A DNA stretch of 64,000 nucleotides from Phoronis australis. Its lineage: Eukaryota > Animalia > Phoronida. Positions 30,296 through 43,000 of the stretch are shown piece after piece. A model generated the notes under the pieces. The model was given only the letters and a program-made list of their open reading frames with translations, did no database searches and was not told where the DNA came from. The position numbers were made by a program, and so were the translations under genes. Location: positions 933,314 through 997,313 of the forward strand of contig NMRA01000046.1 of assembly GCA_002633005.1 (NCBI GenBank), given 5' to 3'. Within the stretch, counting starts at the first letter, position 1. Each line of letters opens with the position of its first letter.

Positions 30296-30437
30296 GCCGA
30301 GATTACCCGATCCGGGAATCGAACCAGCGACCCCCATAAAACCGGCGAGGGAGCTAACCATTCAGCTAATAGGCAATTGCCCATTAGCGAGTAGCTAACA
30401 GAGGCTCATGTGATTCACCGGAAGCACATCTACAACA
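30296..30437 (-). repeat. tRNA-derived (SINE-like) repeat, copy 3
   Basis: Minus strand TAGCTGAATGG..GGTTCGATTCC. Confidence 0.6.
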
Positions 30438-31032
30438 ATATTTTTTCCTAAAATAAGAAGATCTTGATTAACTGAAGACATCGTTTGACCTGATTACATA
30501 CCTCACCAGTTCACCACCCATAAGCGCCACTTGTTGTCTTGTCTTGTAATTCCCTGCGATTGTTTGGCGCAGCACCGTCTTACGACATAGTAATCTAGGG
30601 GTAGAATTCCATACAATTAAACGATCCGATCAACTGTGAAATATGTTCAAGAGATAATGTAAACTGAAAAAATTCACAGGGAACTCTCGAAACTCTCACG
30701 AAGTATCGCTCTTTGAGAACGGAGATTGAAAAGCGATTTATATAAAGTTATATGTGGCCGCGGGCCGCGACTACAGAAAAATATAAGAATATAAATCAAC
30801 AAAAGATGCATTAAAAACAAATTTGATTTATTGTAGTAACTCTTCTTTGATTTATCTATGTGGTATATAAAATAATGGGCAAATGATCAAAATCACGAGT
30901 ATAATCGGTAGCTCGTTCCTTTAGGCAGAAAAATGGCGTTTTGACCCAGGTTCAGTCGATAGACATTCGATTTTAGTTGGTTTTAGACAAAATTTTTTTC
31001 TTAAATAAACATTTTTAATCAAGCGAAAGACG

Positions 31033-31094
31033 ATGAATAACTTGCATTTCGTTGTCCATCCTTTACCTGGCTCTGAAGACCAACTGAACGACAG
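31033..31094 (+). CDS. UBR5: UBR5 exon 1 (coding part)
   Basis: [21 protein letters not shown]|gtatga. Confidence 0.93.
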
Positions 31095-34000
31095 GTATGA
31101 ACTTTTGAAGTTGCTTGTACATTTTTCATTTCAATCAATGTCTCGGGTCTCACGAATCAGTCTCGAGTTGTACCAGGATTACACAGCGTGTGTCGCATGG
31201 AGTCGGTGAGTTGTGGCTACGGAGTGCTTCAGTGTACAGTTATAACATAAAAATTTTCTGTAAGTATGGTACGTGTTTAACAAATGTGTTCTGTTGCTGT
31301 TGTGCAACCATTTTTTTATTTGATTTTTAAATGTGTTTTATCTTTGGAGTTTGGGGTTTTATTCTGTTCAAAAATCACAAAAAGGGAAGCTCTGGTTATG
31401 ACTTTCACTATAGCCAATTGGACCTTTTGAATTGGGAAGTCCTGCTTTTTGTGTAAATTATCTGGAAGTCAGAGAACCAGTGCCAGTGAAGAACGGGTAT
31501 TGTGATGGTGTGATGGAGGTAAAAGTCAAGAGAAGGGGTCTCTCTACTACTTCTGTTCGATCGATCGTGTCTGTTTAAATGTTGGTTCAACATCGATGAA
31601 TGAAACCTTAAACGATTCGCAAAAATCTACCCTATTTATTTATGCAGTAACTGACCTGATCACATCCTTGGCGATATCCGTGAGAAGTTAGGACTCCTAA
31701 ACTTTGGGCTCACTGCGTCACGAGCGTAAAAAGTTATTGAGAGACTGGGTCTTGTTTGCAGCTACTTCACACAACGGCAACGGTGAAGGGTGCCAGGCAG
31801 TTGAGATAAGAAAGTCAGCTGCACTTAAAACTTAGTGTCAGACAATTCGTTGAGTCACAAACTCAAACGGGATCACCCCAAACTCCAAAACATCTGTATT
31901 TAGTTTTTTAAACATTTATTCCCTCGAACAACTGTCTGACTCAGAATTTGGCAGCTTGCGTGCACACACTTCTACTCACTGTATCTCCTGTCACACGTGA
32001 CAGCTTGCACCGCGTGCATTTCTACACACTTGCCACGTGACAATTAATAATTGAGCTGCAATCCAAATGGAGCACTGCACGCTAAACTAAGCGTCAGCTC
32101 TGACAAGATTGGGTTTCATACCGCTGTCATTTTGAAACTAATCTGATGGCAACGGAACTGTTGATGTTGAATCTACTGTATTTAATGGACATTTTTGATT
32201 GCCATTTGGTGACGTGTTGGAATATCTTATCGGCATTTGCGCATTAGCTGTCATCAAAGCAGATGAAAAATGGGACTTTTCGAGCACTGAACTTCTGTGA
32301 AAATGGTTACACTGCTCACTAGATTCTTGTGTAGCTACCCGGTAGTAATTTTAATGCTTACAGTTAAGGTTTTCAAATTTAACACTAGGTGTTGCCATAC
32401 ACAAACTTCACCATTGATTTCAATGAAGTTTAAGAGCCGTAAGTTTTCACGAAAACCTACTAAGAATTGTGGTAAAATGAAGCCAAGCACTTGATCAGTT
32501 ACTGCCTAAATAAATAAGCGTAGACTTTTGTGAATCGATTGAGGTATCATTCATTGTCCTTAGACCAGCATTTGAGAAGTTATATAAGTGATTGAACAGA
32601 TGTAGTAGAGGGACCCGTTCTCTCGACTTTTAAGCATGATAGAGTTCATGTCACGACAGCCTGAATTTCCAATATCGCGTTCAAGGTTACCTTGAAATCA
32701 TCGTCCTCGTATACACAAACGACAACTTCATGTCCACGTGTGTTAAAACGAAGCTTGGGTTACATTTCAAACTGTGATGATCATGCTAGGTGTTAAATAT
32801 TGTCCAAAAGGCGTGTTTTTTGTGCATATCTTGTGCTTCCATTTTCACTCAAAATTTCATGTTTTTGTTGGTCTCAGCTGTCTCATTTCTTGAAGAACCA
32901 TCTCCGGGTATTTATTCCAAAACCCTTCACCCCCCGTCCTTGAACCATCTTTGCAAGTTACTTCCAGTGCAGTGCTCAACACATGCGAAAACGTCTGCTC
33001 GAAAATACAAGTGACGCCATATTTGCCACACACAATTCCCGAATTAGGCTCTTAAAAAACGATGACCCAAAACAAAGCAAAAAAGTCAAACGTCTGCTCG
33101 ACGCCTGCACGTGTGATACCAATGAGGTCAATGTTCTGTACACGTAGTTTACCAATTTTTCCACTTCTATTTTCATTGTTTACTCGGTTATGTGGAACCC
33201 TGCATTGCACCTGGCTCTGCTATTCTGTCACATTTGGGTTGATGTGCAATCTCTCTCCCTGTGAAATACCATAGGGAATATTTATAATTGCTTCTCGGAA
33301 AATCATGCCATATTGCTCACTGACTTCTTGTGCAACGATCTATCAGTAATTTAAATGCTTTCGGTCAAGGTTTTCAAAGTTAACACTAGGTGTCACCAGA
33401 CACTAATTCTGCCATTGACTTCAACGAGGAGCAGGAAACTTTTCGTGAAAATGTACTAAGACTTGTGGTAAAATGAAGCCACGGATGAGATCAATTACTG
33501 CATAGACAGAGTACACTTTTGCAAATCCATTGAGGTATCATTCATTGAGTTGACGTCAGACCTACTGGTATTTGAAGATATGAGCGATTAAATAGATGTA
33601 GTAAAGGGACTGGTTCTCTCAACTTTTTCTATTTTTCACTAGAAGTAACTGGTTTCTATTACTATCAGGTAATTTAGTCTGCACAAATGCTGGATTACTT
33701 TTGAACTGTATGTTAATTGTACTTCAATCAATTTGATTGTGGAAAATTATTCATTTATGATTGTAACCCTTGTTAAAAATTCCTTCCTCAGAATTAGATT
33801 TTTCTAGCCAACCGTACTTGATGAGATTCCGTCTCACGTATTGCTCTAAATGACCTTGTGTTCAGTACTGTGAAATCTCACCAGTTTAGGACAAGTGAAC
33901 GTTTTTCGTAAAAGATAACTAACACAAAATAATTGCCAATTTTAAGGGCAAAGGCAACCTTTCTTTATGTCATTTTTAGCAAAAATAAGGTTCGTTGATT

Positions 34001-37000
34001 ATCCCAGTCATATTTTTCACTTAATTACAGCTTTTTGTAATTTAATCAATTATTCGTTCTCTACTCTGGAACTGAAATTTTGGGAGGCAAGAATTTTGCG
34101 CCAATTTCTTCTCATATGTAGTCTGACTGTGATAGCTGTCAAGTCGGTCATTGTTCTACCTCGGTTGTGATAAGTTCGGTCGTCGTTTGCTGTTGTTTAC
34201 GAGTCAGTCAACATGCCACACTGTTGCTGCATACCGGGATGTACTCATTATCGCTCAGAGCTTGTAAGCAGCCCTGGTGCGATGTTGAGTAGTGGGAGTG
34301 AATGCAGGCCCCGTTCGACACCCAGTGAACAGGACATTTCGTCGTTCAATGAACAGATCGGTGAGCCAAACTTTGATAAGTTTATTGTGGACTTGTCTAA
34401 AGTATTGGGGCTATTTAGAAGGTGCCAGGTGTGTGGCGAGGGAGTCACACGGCGGGATGCAAGCAGTTTCTGTGCTCAGGTCACTATCCATTGGGAGTGT
34501 GTTGCGGGACACTCGGGCAAGTGGGACAGTTGTTCCTCTGTCCGTAAGACGATAATGTGTACATCTCGGTACGTAGCAACTCGTAAACAAAAGCAAACGA
34601 CGACTGAACTTACCATAACGGAGATAGAACAATGACTAACACGGCAGCTCTCGGCAGTCAGACTATATGAAAATAAATTAGCGCGAAATTCTTGCCTCCC
34701 AAAATGTCACTTCTGGAGTAGAGGGCGAGTAATTGTTTAAATTACCAAAAAGCTGTTATTAAATGAAAAATATGTCTGGGATAATCAACGAACCTTATTT
34801 TTGCTAAAAATGACATGAAAAAGGTTGCCTTCGCCTTTAAAGCTCTATACCATATCAACCATCAGATAATGTTTGGGGAAATTGTGTGCATTCACAATGA
34901 GGTTAGAAGCCATTGAAAAATGAAACCAAATCAAAGTCGGTGACATTTTATAATTTCTATTCCATTTGTCCGCAGTGGTCAGTTTTAGAGGTCAGTGACT
35001 GAAAGGTTGAGAACCAGTTTTCTGCTGGTAGCTATAAAATATAGTGTTCAGACAGAATTACAATTCTGTTAGAATTCACGAAACTGACTACAATTATTTT
35101 GTTTTCGATCTTATTTCAGGTTAAAAGATGTAGCTGACAAACTGTGTCGCAATACTGCGAATACTCCACTGGTATTTAATGGTCTCAAGCCTGTTGTTCA
35201 ATGTGTCACTGGACCTTCTCACATTGCCCTGCTATTTGAGGCAAGTTGATGTCTTTGATCTTTTGTAACTAAGGGCAACAAGTTGGTTGAAGCACCTGTA
35301 ATGCAATGTATTGATTGATTTACTGCAGTAAATTTAATTTATTACTCAAAGATTTTTAAGTCTGGTCTGTACGCCACAGGTCAAAGTTGTTTTTGTGTTG
35401 GCTAATATTTTTAGGGAACAACTTACAGTATGTTGATGTGATTGAACAATGGTTTAACTTTTAATGTGTCCCACATGCAACGTAATGTAATACCTAATTA
35501 GTGCTATAAATGTATGATGTTAATCTTTCAGGATGGCAGTATTTGTAGAGTTCCGTTCTCTATACTTAGTGATAGAGTAGACCAAGTTAAAAGCGAACCG
35601 AAGCAGTAAGTTATATTTCTTATTGAAAAAGCTCTGCATTTATGTTGACATTGCATGTAAAAGCCATATCTAATGCTATCTTAAAAGTTTCTGAAAACTT
35701 CTGTACAATTCAGTAATTTGCGTGTACTCTCATCATATACATGTGTTGGTGCACGTTGTGGTCATCTCTGGCGTCCATCTCCCATCCATGGGATACCGGC
35801 ATTTGCCCGTTGTTGGAGAGTTCTGACTTGTATTTAAGAATATAGCGCTGCTTATATTTTTATCCATGGTGACTGCATGTCAATGCTTGACATTGATCTT
35901 GTATTTATGTCACTTTTTGTCTCGCACGATTTTACTGTGGCTAATGTCACTGCCTCACCCTCACTTTTACTTTAAAATAGACAGCTTTTTACCTTGATGT
36001 GCATATGAAATAGATACGGCCATGAACTGCATTTTGCTACCCCACACCTAAAGTGCCCTGACATGCAATAAAAACATAAACTGAACTTTATGTACTTTCG
36101 ATTGAAATGTTACATTGGTTTAAGTTGAACTCTATTGCTATGGCCAGTTACTAGGCTATCATGAGCAGTATACGCTGTTTTTGCAGGAAATTAGTAGCTG
36201 GCAGTGCTGGTGGTGCAGCTGTAGGAGGCGCTAGCAGTGGCAGTGCTGGTGGAGCTGGTACATCAGCACGCAGTGGTGAAACTGGCAGTAGTGGTGCTCG
36301 GCTACCTCACAGGCAGCGGGCACGCGTTGTTAGATCGGTCGCCAGGGGGCGTGGTGCAGGTGTCATCGTGGGGTCACGACCCACAGTACCAGTGTCAGTT
36401 GTCCCAGAGGAACTTGTGAGCCAATGTCAAGTGGTCTTACAGGGAAAGTCACGTAGTTTGATCATAAGGGAGCTGCAGAGGACTGTGAGTCATGCGATTT
36501 TATGTAGTAACTTTTATCTAGTGCAAAGTGGTACAGAATTTTTTCTAACTTTTGTGTATAATGATAGGTGCTTTTTTAGTCATAAATATAGCATTAAAGA
36601 AAGCTTTTTAATTTGATTAAATACTGTTAAGAAACGTTGCTTGCCTGTAGCAGCATTCCAACTTCTACACCAGTGGAGTTGGTGTGAATCAATCTGTCTT
36701 TTTTAAATTTAGAACCTTGATGTCAACCTCGCTGTCAACAATCTTCTCAGCCGAGATGATGACAATGATGATGATGACGCTGACAGTCAGGATGGTTACA
36801 TGCCAGCAGGAGGTATGGTCAACTACATGGCTTTTATATTATTTTGGGTTATTAAAAGATACATATGCCATGTTTTATGCATGTTAACTGTAGCTTTTCT
36901 GTCTGGTTAACTTTCATGTAACATTTGGCTATTGCCATTGCTATCTGTATTTGGTTAGAATAACTTATTATGCGTCCAAATATTTATAATGTGGGTGCAT

Positions 37001-40000
37001 ACTGTCGTCATCTCTGTCTGGGCGTCAGTCATCCACGGCTGTATCTCCTAAATCCCTTACAGGATCTTATTGAAATTTGACAGGTGTGTTCCTATGGGGT
37101 TGACGACAGAAGGCAACGAGTTTTGGAAAGACCCGAATACCGCTGTGCCCCCTAGTGGCAATTTTAGTTTTTTATGTTTGCAAATGAAATTTGGCACATA
37201 GGTGACGCTATCCTCCCGTTTTTGGATGGATTCGAGGTATTTTGCGCCACCTAGTGGCCATTTTTACTGTTTTTTGGTGTCCGTCCCTCTATCAACTGAA
37301 CCACTCTAAAGATGATTGTGAAAATTAGCATGTATGTTCTTACTATGAAGAGGACGGTTGACGATGATTTTCCGATGACTTCGACGACTTTGGCGCCTCC
37401 TAGTGGCATTTTTTTTTGTTTTTGCTTCCATGACTGTATATTCTAAACGGTCTACAAGATCTTTATTAAATGCACCAAATGTATTGATATAAAGTTAACA
37501 ACGGAAGACGATGACTTTCTAACAGGTCTGACTAAGACTGCCCTCTAGTGGCAATATAATTTTTCTGTTTTCCTCTGTTTCTCAGAAATTCCTTGACGAA
37601 ATTTCATGAAATTTGTTAAATAGTTTTCTTTTAGAGAAACGGTGACATTTTCCGGTTTTCAGATGGATTCGACATATATTGTGCCATCTAGTGGCCATTT
37701 TTTTCTGTTTTCTAGTCTACTTTTGCCGTCCACCCTCTGTCAACCAAACCACTCTTAGGATGATTGTGAAAATTGGCTAGTGTGAAGAGGGCGGTTGACG
37801 ATGATTTTCCGGCTTCAATTACTGTGGCACCTCCTAGAGGCAGTTTTTTTGCGTCCTTAGCTGTATCTCCTAAGCCCGCCTGCAGAATGTTTATTAAATT
37901 TAGCAAGTGTATTTATATGACATTGACTATGGAAGACGGCAATTTTCAGACGGATCCAATGAACCTTTGTCCCCTAGTGGCAATTAAATTTTTTCTGTTT
38001 TGCTAAAGTTTCTTGACGGATTTTCATGAAATGTGGTAAATAGCTTTCTGTTAAAAAACGGTGACATTTTACAGTTTTTTGATGGATTTAAAATATTTTG
38101 CACTATCTAGTGGCCATTTTTATGATACAAATAAACACTGTAGAAGCATACCGTTTGCAGTGCATTCGTGGGCACATTTCAATGCTACACGTTGCTCTTG
38201 TTTACACAAGTTAGCATATCTTTGTTGTGGTAAATATGACAATGTCCTTGAAGTATGTGTAAAAGACCTGCAAGCATTCTATAATACCATTTAGTACCAC
38301 CATTGTCGTAGCTTTAGTCGGTTTTATTTTATGATGGTGTGACTGCCTAATAAATCTAAAAAAATCGAATTGAATTTATTTAGGTAAGCAAAGTAACAGA
38401 AATGTCAGCTTGGACATAGCTTAAGTTTTCAACACTATGACTTTTTGAAGGTGTTAAATTTTTATAGGACCATACTTGCAGCAACGTTTTTATGTTCATA
38501 GTTTTGTGGTACAGTATAGTCTAAACATGTAATATATCCACTGTCCAAAACAAATTTTCTCTAGAATTAATAAGCTCAATTCAACCAACCTTACTTCCAA
38601 ACAAAACAGCGTCTTTTCAATGTTTAAACCTTAAGCAATATTTTACAATAATCTCAAAAAAGATTTCAAACATCTTTCAGAGCTGTCACATGTAATTGAC
38701 GTGTCATCAGCGTATTGTGATATTAAACATTCTTTGTTTTCAACCAAACCCCTCTAATTTTAATGATATACATAACCATGAGAACCAAAATTTCAGCAGA
38801 TAGTACAAAAATATATAGTGACAAAGGGTCATCTTGTCTACATCCTTATTGAATTTCAAACCATAAAGAAGTTAGGAATACAGGTATTTCCCTAAAAGTA
38901 CTACCCAAATCAAAGTTTTTAACTTCCCAAAAATTGTATATATTGTGAAAAAGAAATTTTCATTTCAAGTACTACTTCGTCCCCACTTTCCGTTTTTGTA
39001 TCAGCTTTCCGTAGAAAAGGCATATATTTGCTAAAGAAATGTCTATTCCATTTTAAGACTCTTCTAAACTCAAATGGTTGTCCAAAGTGCCCTTCTCTCT
39101 AACATTGCTCTGTGTCACTTTTCACCTTCCTATATCAGTTATTTCAGTGAATTTTGCAGGGTTTTGCTGTTGATTTTCAAAAACACCACAATAGGTTTTT
39201 AGTGCCTGTGCACTCCCCTCCTAATAGCATTTTAAAGAACAGTGCATAAAGTATCATACTCGACCATTTCAGAGATATAGTGTTCTGAAGTTGACCAGTT
39301 TTGACGTATGTGTTTACTATCTAGTTTATTATTGCGTAGCTAACATAACATCAACACAAACTTTGTTGTCACGTATATGTACTTGTAAGTACAGCATGCT
39401 GTGTTTATGTTTTCTAACACAATAAGCATGTTGTATTGCAGATGACTTGATGTCACTGTTGGATGCAGGTATTCATGCTGATCATCAGAGTGTCATCATA
39501 GACGCAGATGCCATGAATGACGAGATGTATGGTTACTCCCCTCTACGTATACGCTCCCTGTCCAATGCACGGCGACCAGGTTTGTCATTACATCTCCAGT
39601 TGCTATGTCATGTTGATTCAGTGGATACCTGTTGTTGGACTTAACTCAGATGGTGTGTTAATATGAACACAAATTTTTCAGGCTCTCTGGGAGTGATTCA
39701 AGACTTAAGTCATTAATTTGGTCTAATTCTTCACACATCTGGTTATGAAAAATAGTCATGCATTTATCATTTATTCTCTCAGAATATACCCATAACTTTA
39801 AGTTACTTCAACCATTTGTGTAAATTGTGTCTAGATTGTGATATATTAATAATTACATGGCTAAACCTTTATTCAACAATCTTGAAGTGGTTATGTCAGA
39901 TTTAATCTCTCTCTTAGGTCATAAATCTCTTTCACGAAATGTACCTCTACTCATATACTTCCATCAGTATCCTACTTTGTTTACTTTGATTTGGTTGTGA

Positions 40001-43000
40001 AATCCCCTTTGATGTCCTTTCGTAATTAAATTATTTCTACTGAACTGTAAGTTTTGTAGGCTGTGTTGATAGATTAGTTAGTAAAGCTTTTGATTTGATC
40101 ATTCAGGTAGCTGTATTTTGTAGGAGTTTTTCTTGTAGGCGAGCGAGTGGCTGATGCTGACCGTGAAAGAGATGCCTTCTTCCGTGTACGTGACCGTCGC
40201 TGGCTTGACTCTGCTCTGCGAGACGAAGCAGCCTTGAGGGGTCTTGACCCTGAGAAAGTGGAGGGCGGAACTACCCGCATTGATGCCACAAAGAAAGGTG
40301 CAGCCAATCAGACTCCTGTTTCTTTTGGGGAAGAACTGCAATATTGGTGTGAAAAGGTAAACAGCACAAGTGGTCAGAGATCTTAGGTTAAAAATGGTGT
40401 TGGAATTGTGTATATTCATTTTTGATCAGTTCAAGTTTAGTGCAACACTGGCTTGTGTTTTATAATAATTATGAGTTCACAAGTGTGTTTGAATTTGTAT
40501 TTTGTGTTTGATGAGAAGACACTTGGCTTAGATGTTCAATACCACCGTATTCAGTATTATCTGTATACTTTTCTGCTACTGTGCAGGGATACGACACTAT
40601 TCATTTGGGCTGTGCAGGGATACGACACTATTCATTTGGGCTGTGCAGGGATACGACACTATTCATTTGGGCTGTGCAGGGATATGACACCATTCATTTG
40701 GGCTGACATTTGACTGCTGAGATATCCAAATATACCTTGTAGAGAATTTTTGCTACAAAGGTGCAAAGTTCACAATTTGCACGGACTCCTGAGATCCTTA
40801 TAAATGTTCTGGTCTCCTGATTGTCTTCAGCTCTTGTAACCGTGAAGGTTGCACATGTTCCTTTTGAGCACAGTATTGTTTCTGCAAAGTTGACTCTTGA
40901 CCTTCTGTTGCAGGAGTCATCTTGTGTTCACTTCACACATATAGCTGCTCTTTACTCAGAACTTGTGGCTATCAATAATGTGGGCCAGCTGTGTCAATGG
41001 AAGTGGTCTGATTCTGAACCATACTTTGTACCTGAGGTAAGTGAGAGAAACTAGCAAGGGTTACAATGTGTTATTGTCATACGTTCAAACTGCTCAATTC
41101 TATTTCCAACAATGTACCTGCATTGGATTGTGTACTGACGATCAATACTTATGATCAACACCGTTACGATCAACATAGTTACGATCAACATAGTTACGAT
41201 CAACATAGTTACGATCAACATAGTTACGATCAACACAGTATGATTTTTGTTACTGTTTAAAGAAATTACAAATAAGAAGAAAAAAATTTATATTTTAAGT
41301 GAAAATGACTGTTGTTTTCTTAATTGAATTGAAGACATTAGGTTACGGTTATCGTGCATATAGTCTTTTGTGAGCCAAGTGAGTTGTCTAATTAAGTTTT
41401 AGCATCAATTTTCTCTGAGGTGATGCCATTTGAAAGAACAGGATAATTTGTTTTATTCTTCCTTATAAGCTATTGCAGATCAGTAAAATTTGTTCAGAAG
41501 TACAAAATCGGGTAATAAGGTGTTGAAAATGGGTACACTGTTGCTAACCCAAATTTAATATTCTTATGGCTTGTTTTGCGATTGCGGCCTCTAGATTATC
41601 ACTTCTATATACATTTATTTTAGTAATTAGTAAGCCTGGCTTGTGAACACTTTATAAGTTAAATCTAACAGAATTTCCTCAACTAACCTTTACATGTGTG
41701 TTAGGAAATGTTGTTTAGATACACTTATTAGTAATTCTATTGCAATATATCAATGTAATAGCCAGGTACACTTAATAGTAATTCTATTGCAATATATCAA
41801 TGTAATAGCCAGGTACACTTAATAGTAATTCTATTGCAATATATCAATGTAATAGCCAGGAGTACGGTTTCTCTTTTGTAGAATGCCTCTAGCCGACACC
41901 CAAAAGCTGCTAGTCTCAATTTGGTTGGTGAGAAGATCACAGTGCTGTCAGCATGTTCAGTGCGAGCTTCAGTTTACACAGAATCGGGCAAGGTATGCTT
42001 CTGCTGCCTATGACTGTTAAAGGTTACTTCCTTTTACAAAATTCAGTTACCAGTTGTACACAAGGAAACACAATAAGGCTTTATTAGATCCAAGGATAAT
42101 AGCCCCAGAAGGAGCATTTGTTAATGTTATAAGAAAGGATATAGAAAAGTTGATACTGACTGGAGCTGAGCTGAAATACATTTAATGAGGATGAATGATG
42201 ATTTTTCAGATTGCCACATGGGTTGATGACACATTGAACATTGTTGCTTCAAAACTGGAGCAGCCAGCCACTAGCTACCCTGAGTTTATCAGTGATAAGA
42301 TCATGTCACTTCACATCTGCTCATTGTTCACCTGTGCCAAGCTAGAGAGTGGCGCTCTCTATTGGTGGTATGTATAGCAACTTGTTACTGTTATAATATG
42401 TTTTTTGTTAAAACATATTAAACTGTTACTTGTACTGGTGGGCATTTTATTTTTGATGCTGCTCAGTCTTGTTTAAACATTTCAACATACATCAAAAACA
42501 ACTTTTTGGGAACATATTTGTAACTATGTATTTCAAGACAATACGGAAATCATCTATCTGCTTAAGGTTTGTTGTGATGACAAGTTGCATAGCTGTGACT
42601 TCATATTATTTTTAAGGGGCATCATGCCATTTGAACAGAGGAAGAAGATCCTGGAGCGAGTGCGCGCCAAGACACGGAGGGGGAGGGATAAAGGAGGCAG
42701 CACAGATATAATGGCTGGACAACTGGTTAGTAGCGTGTTAACGTGAAAAATGAACAACATAGATGTTTTGGCTGTTTACCTTTTTGATTTTTGTGTCAGA
42801 CTGGCAATTAGCATGAGCTGTCATAGTTATGGATGTCAGACTTGGCTTTTGAGAATCAGTTTATTGGGTTGGAAGGGCTTAACGTTGGTCTATGATGCAG
42901 TGGCCATGCTGTTAAGGGCTTAACGTTGGTCTATGATGCATTGGCCATGCTGTTAAGGGCTTAACGTTGGTCTATGATGCATTGGCCATGCTGTTAAGGG

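Larger units (their letters stand above)
28720..31032. promoter_or_regulatory. Divergent COQ7/UBR5 promoter interval, largely filled by transposon insertions
   Basis: Head-to-head gene orientation. CpG is visibly retained here compared with CpG-poor gene-body introns. Confidence 0.5.

Noticed and set aside
41051-41260. Repetitive ORFs (MLIVT)n and (YDQHS)n
   Set aside because: Translations of a 15-bp intronic minisatellite.
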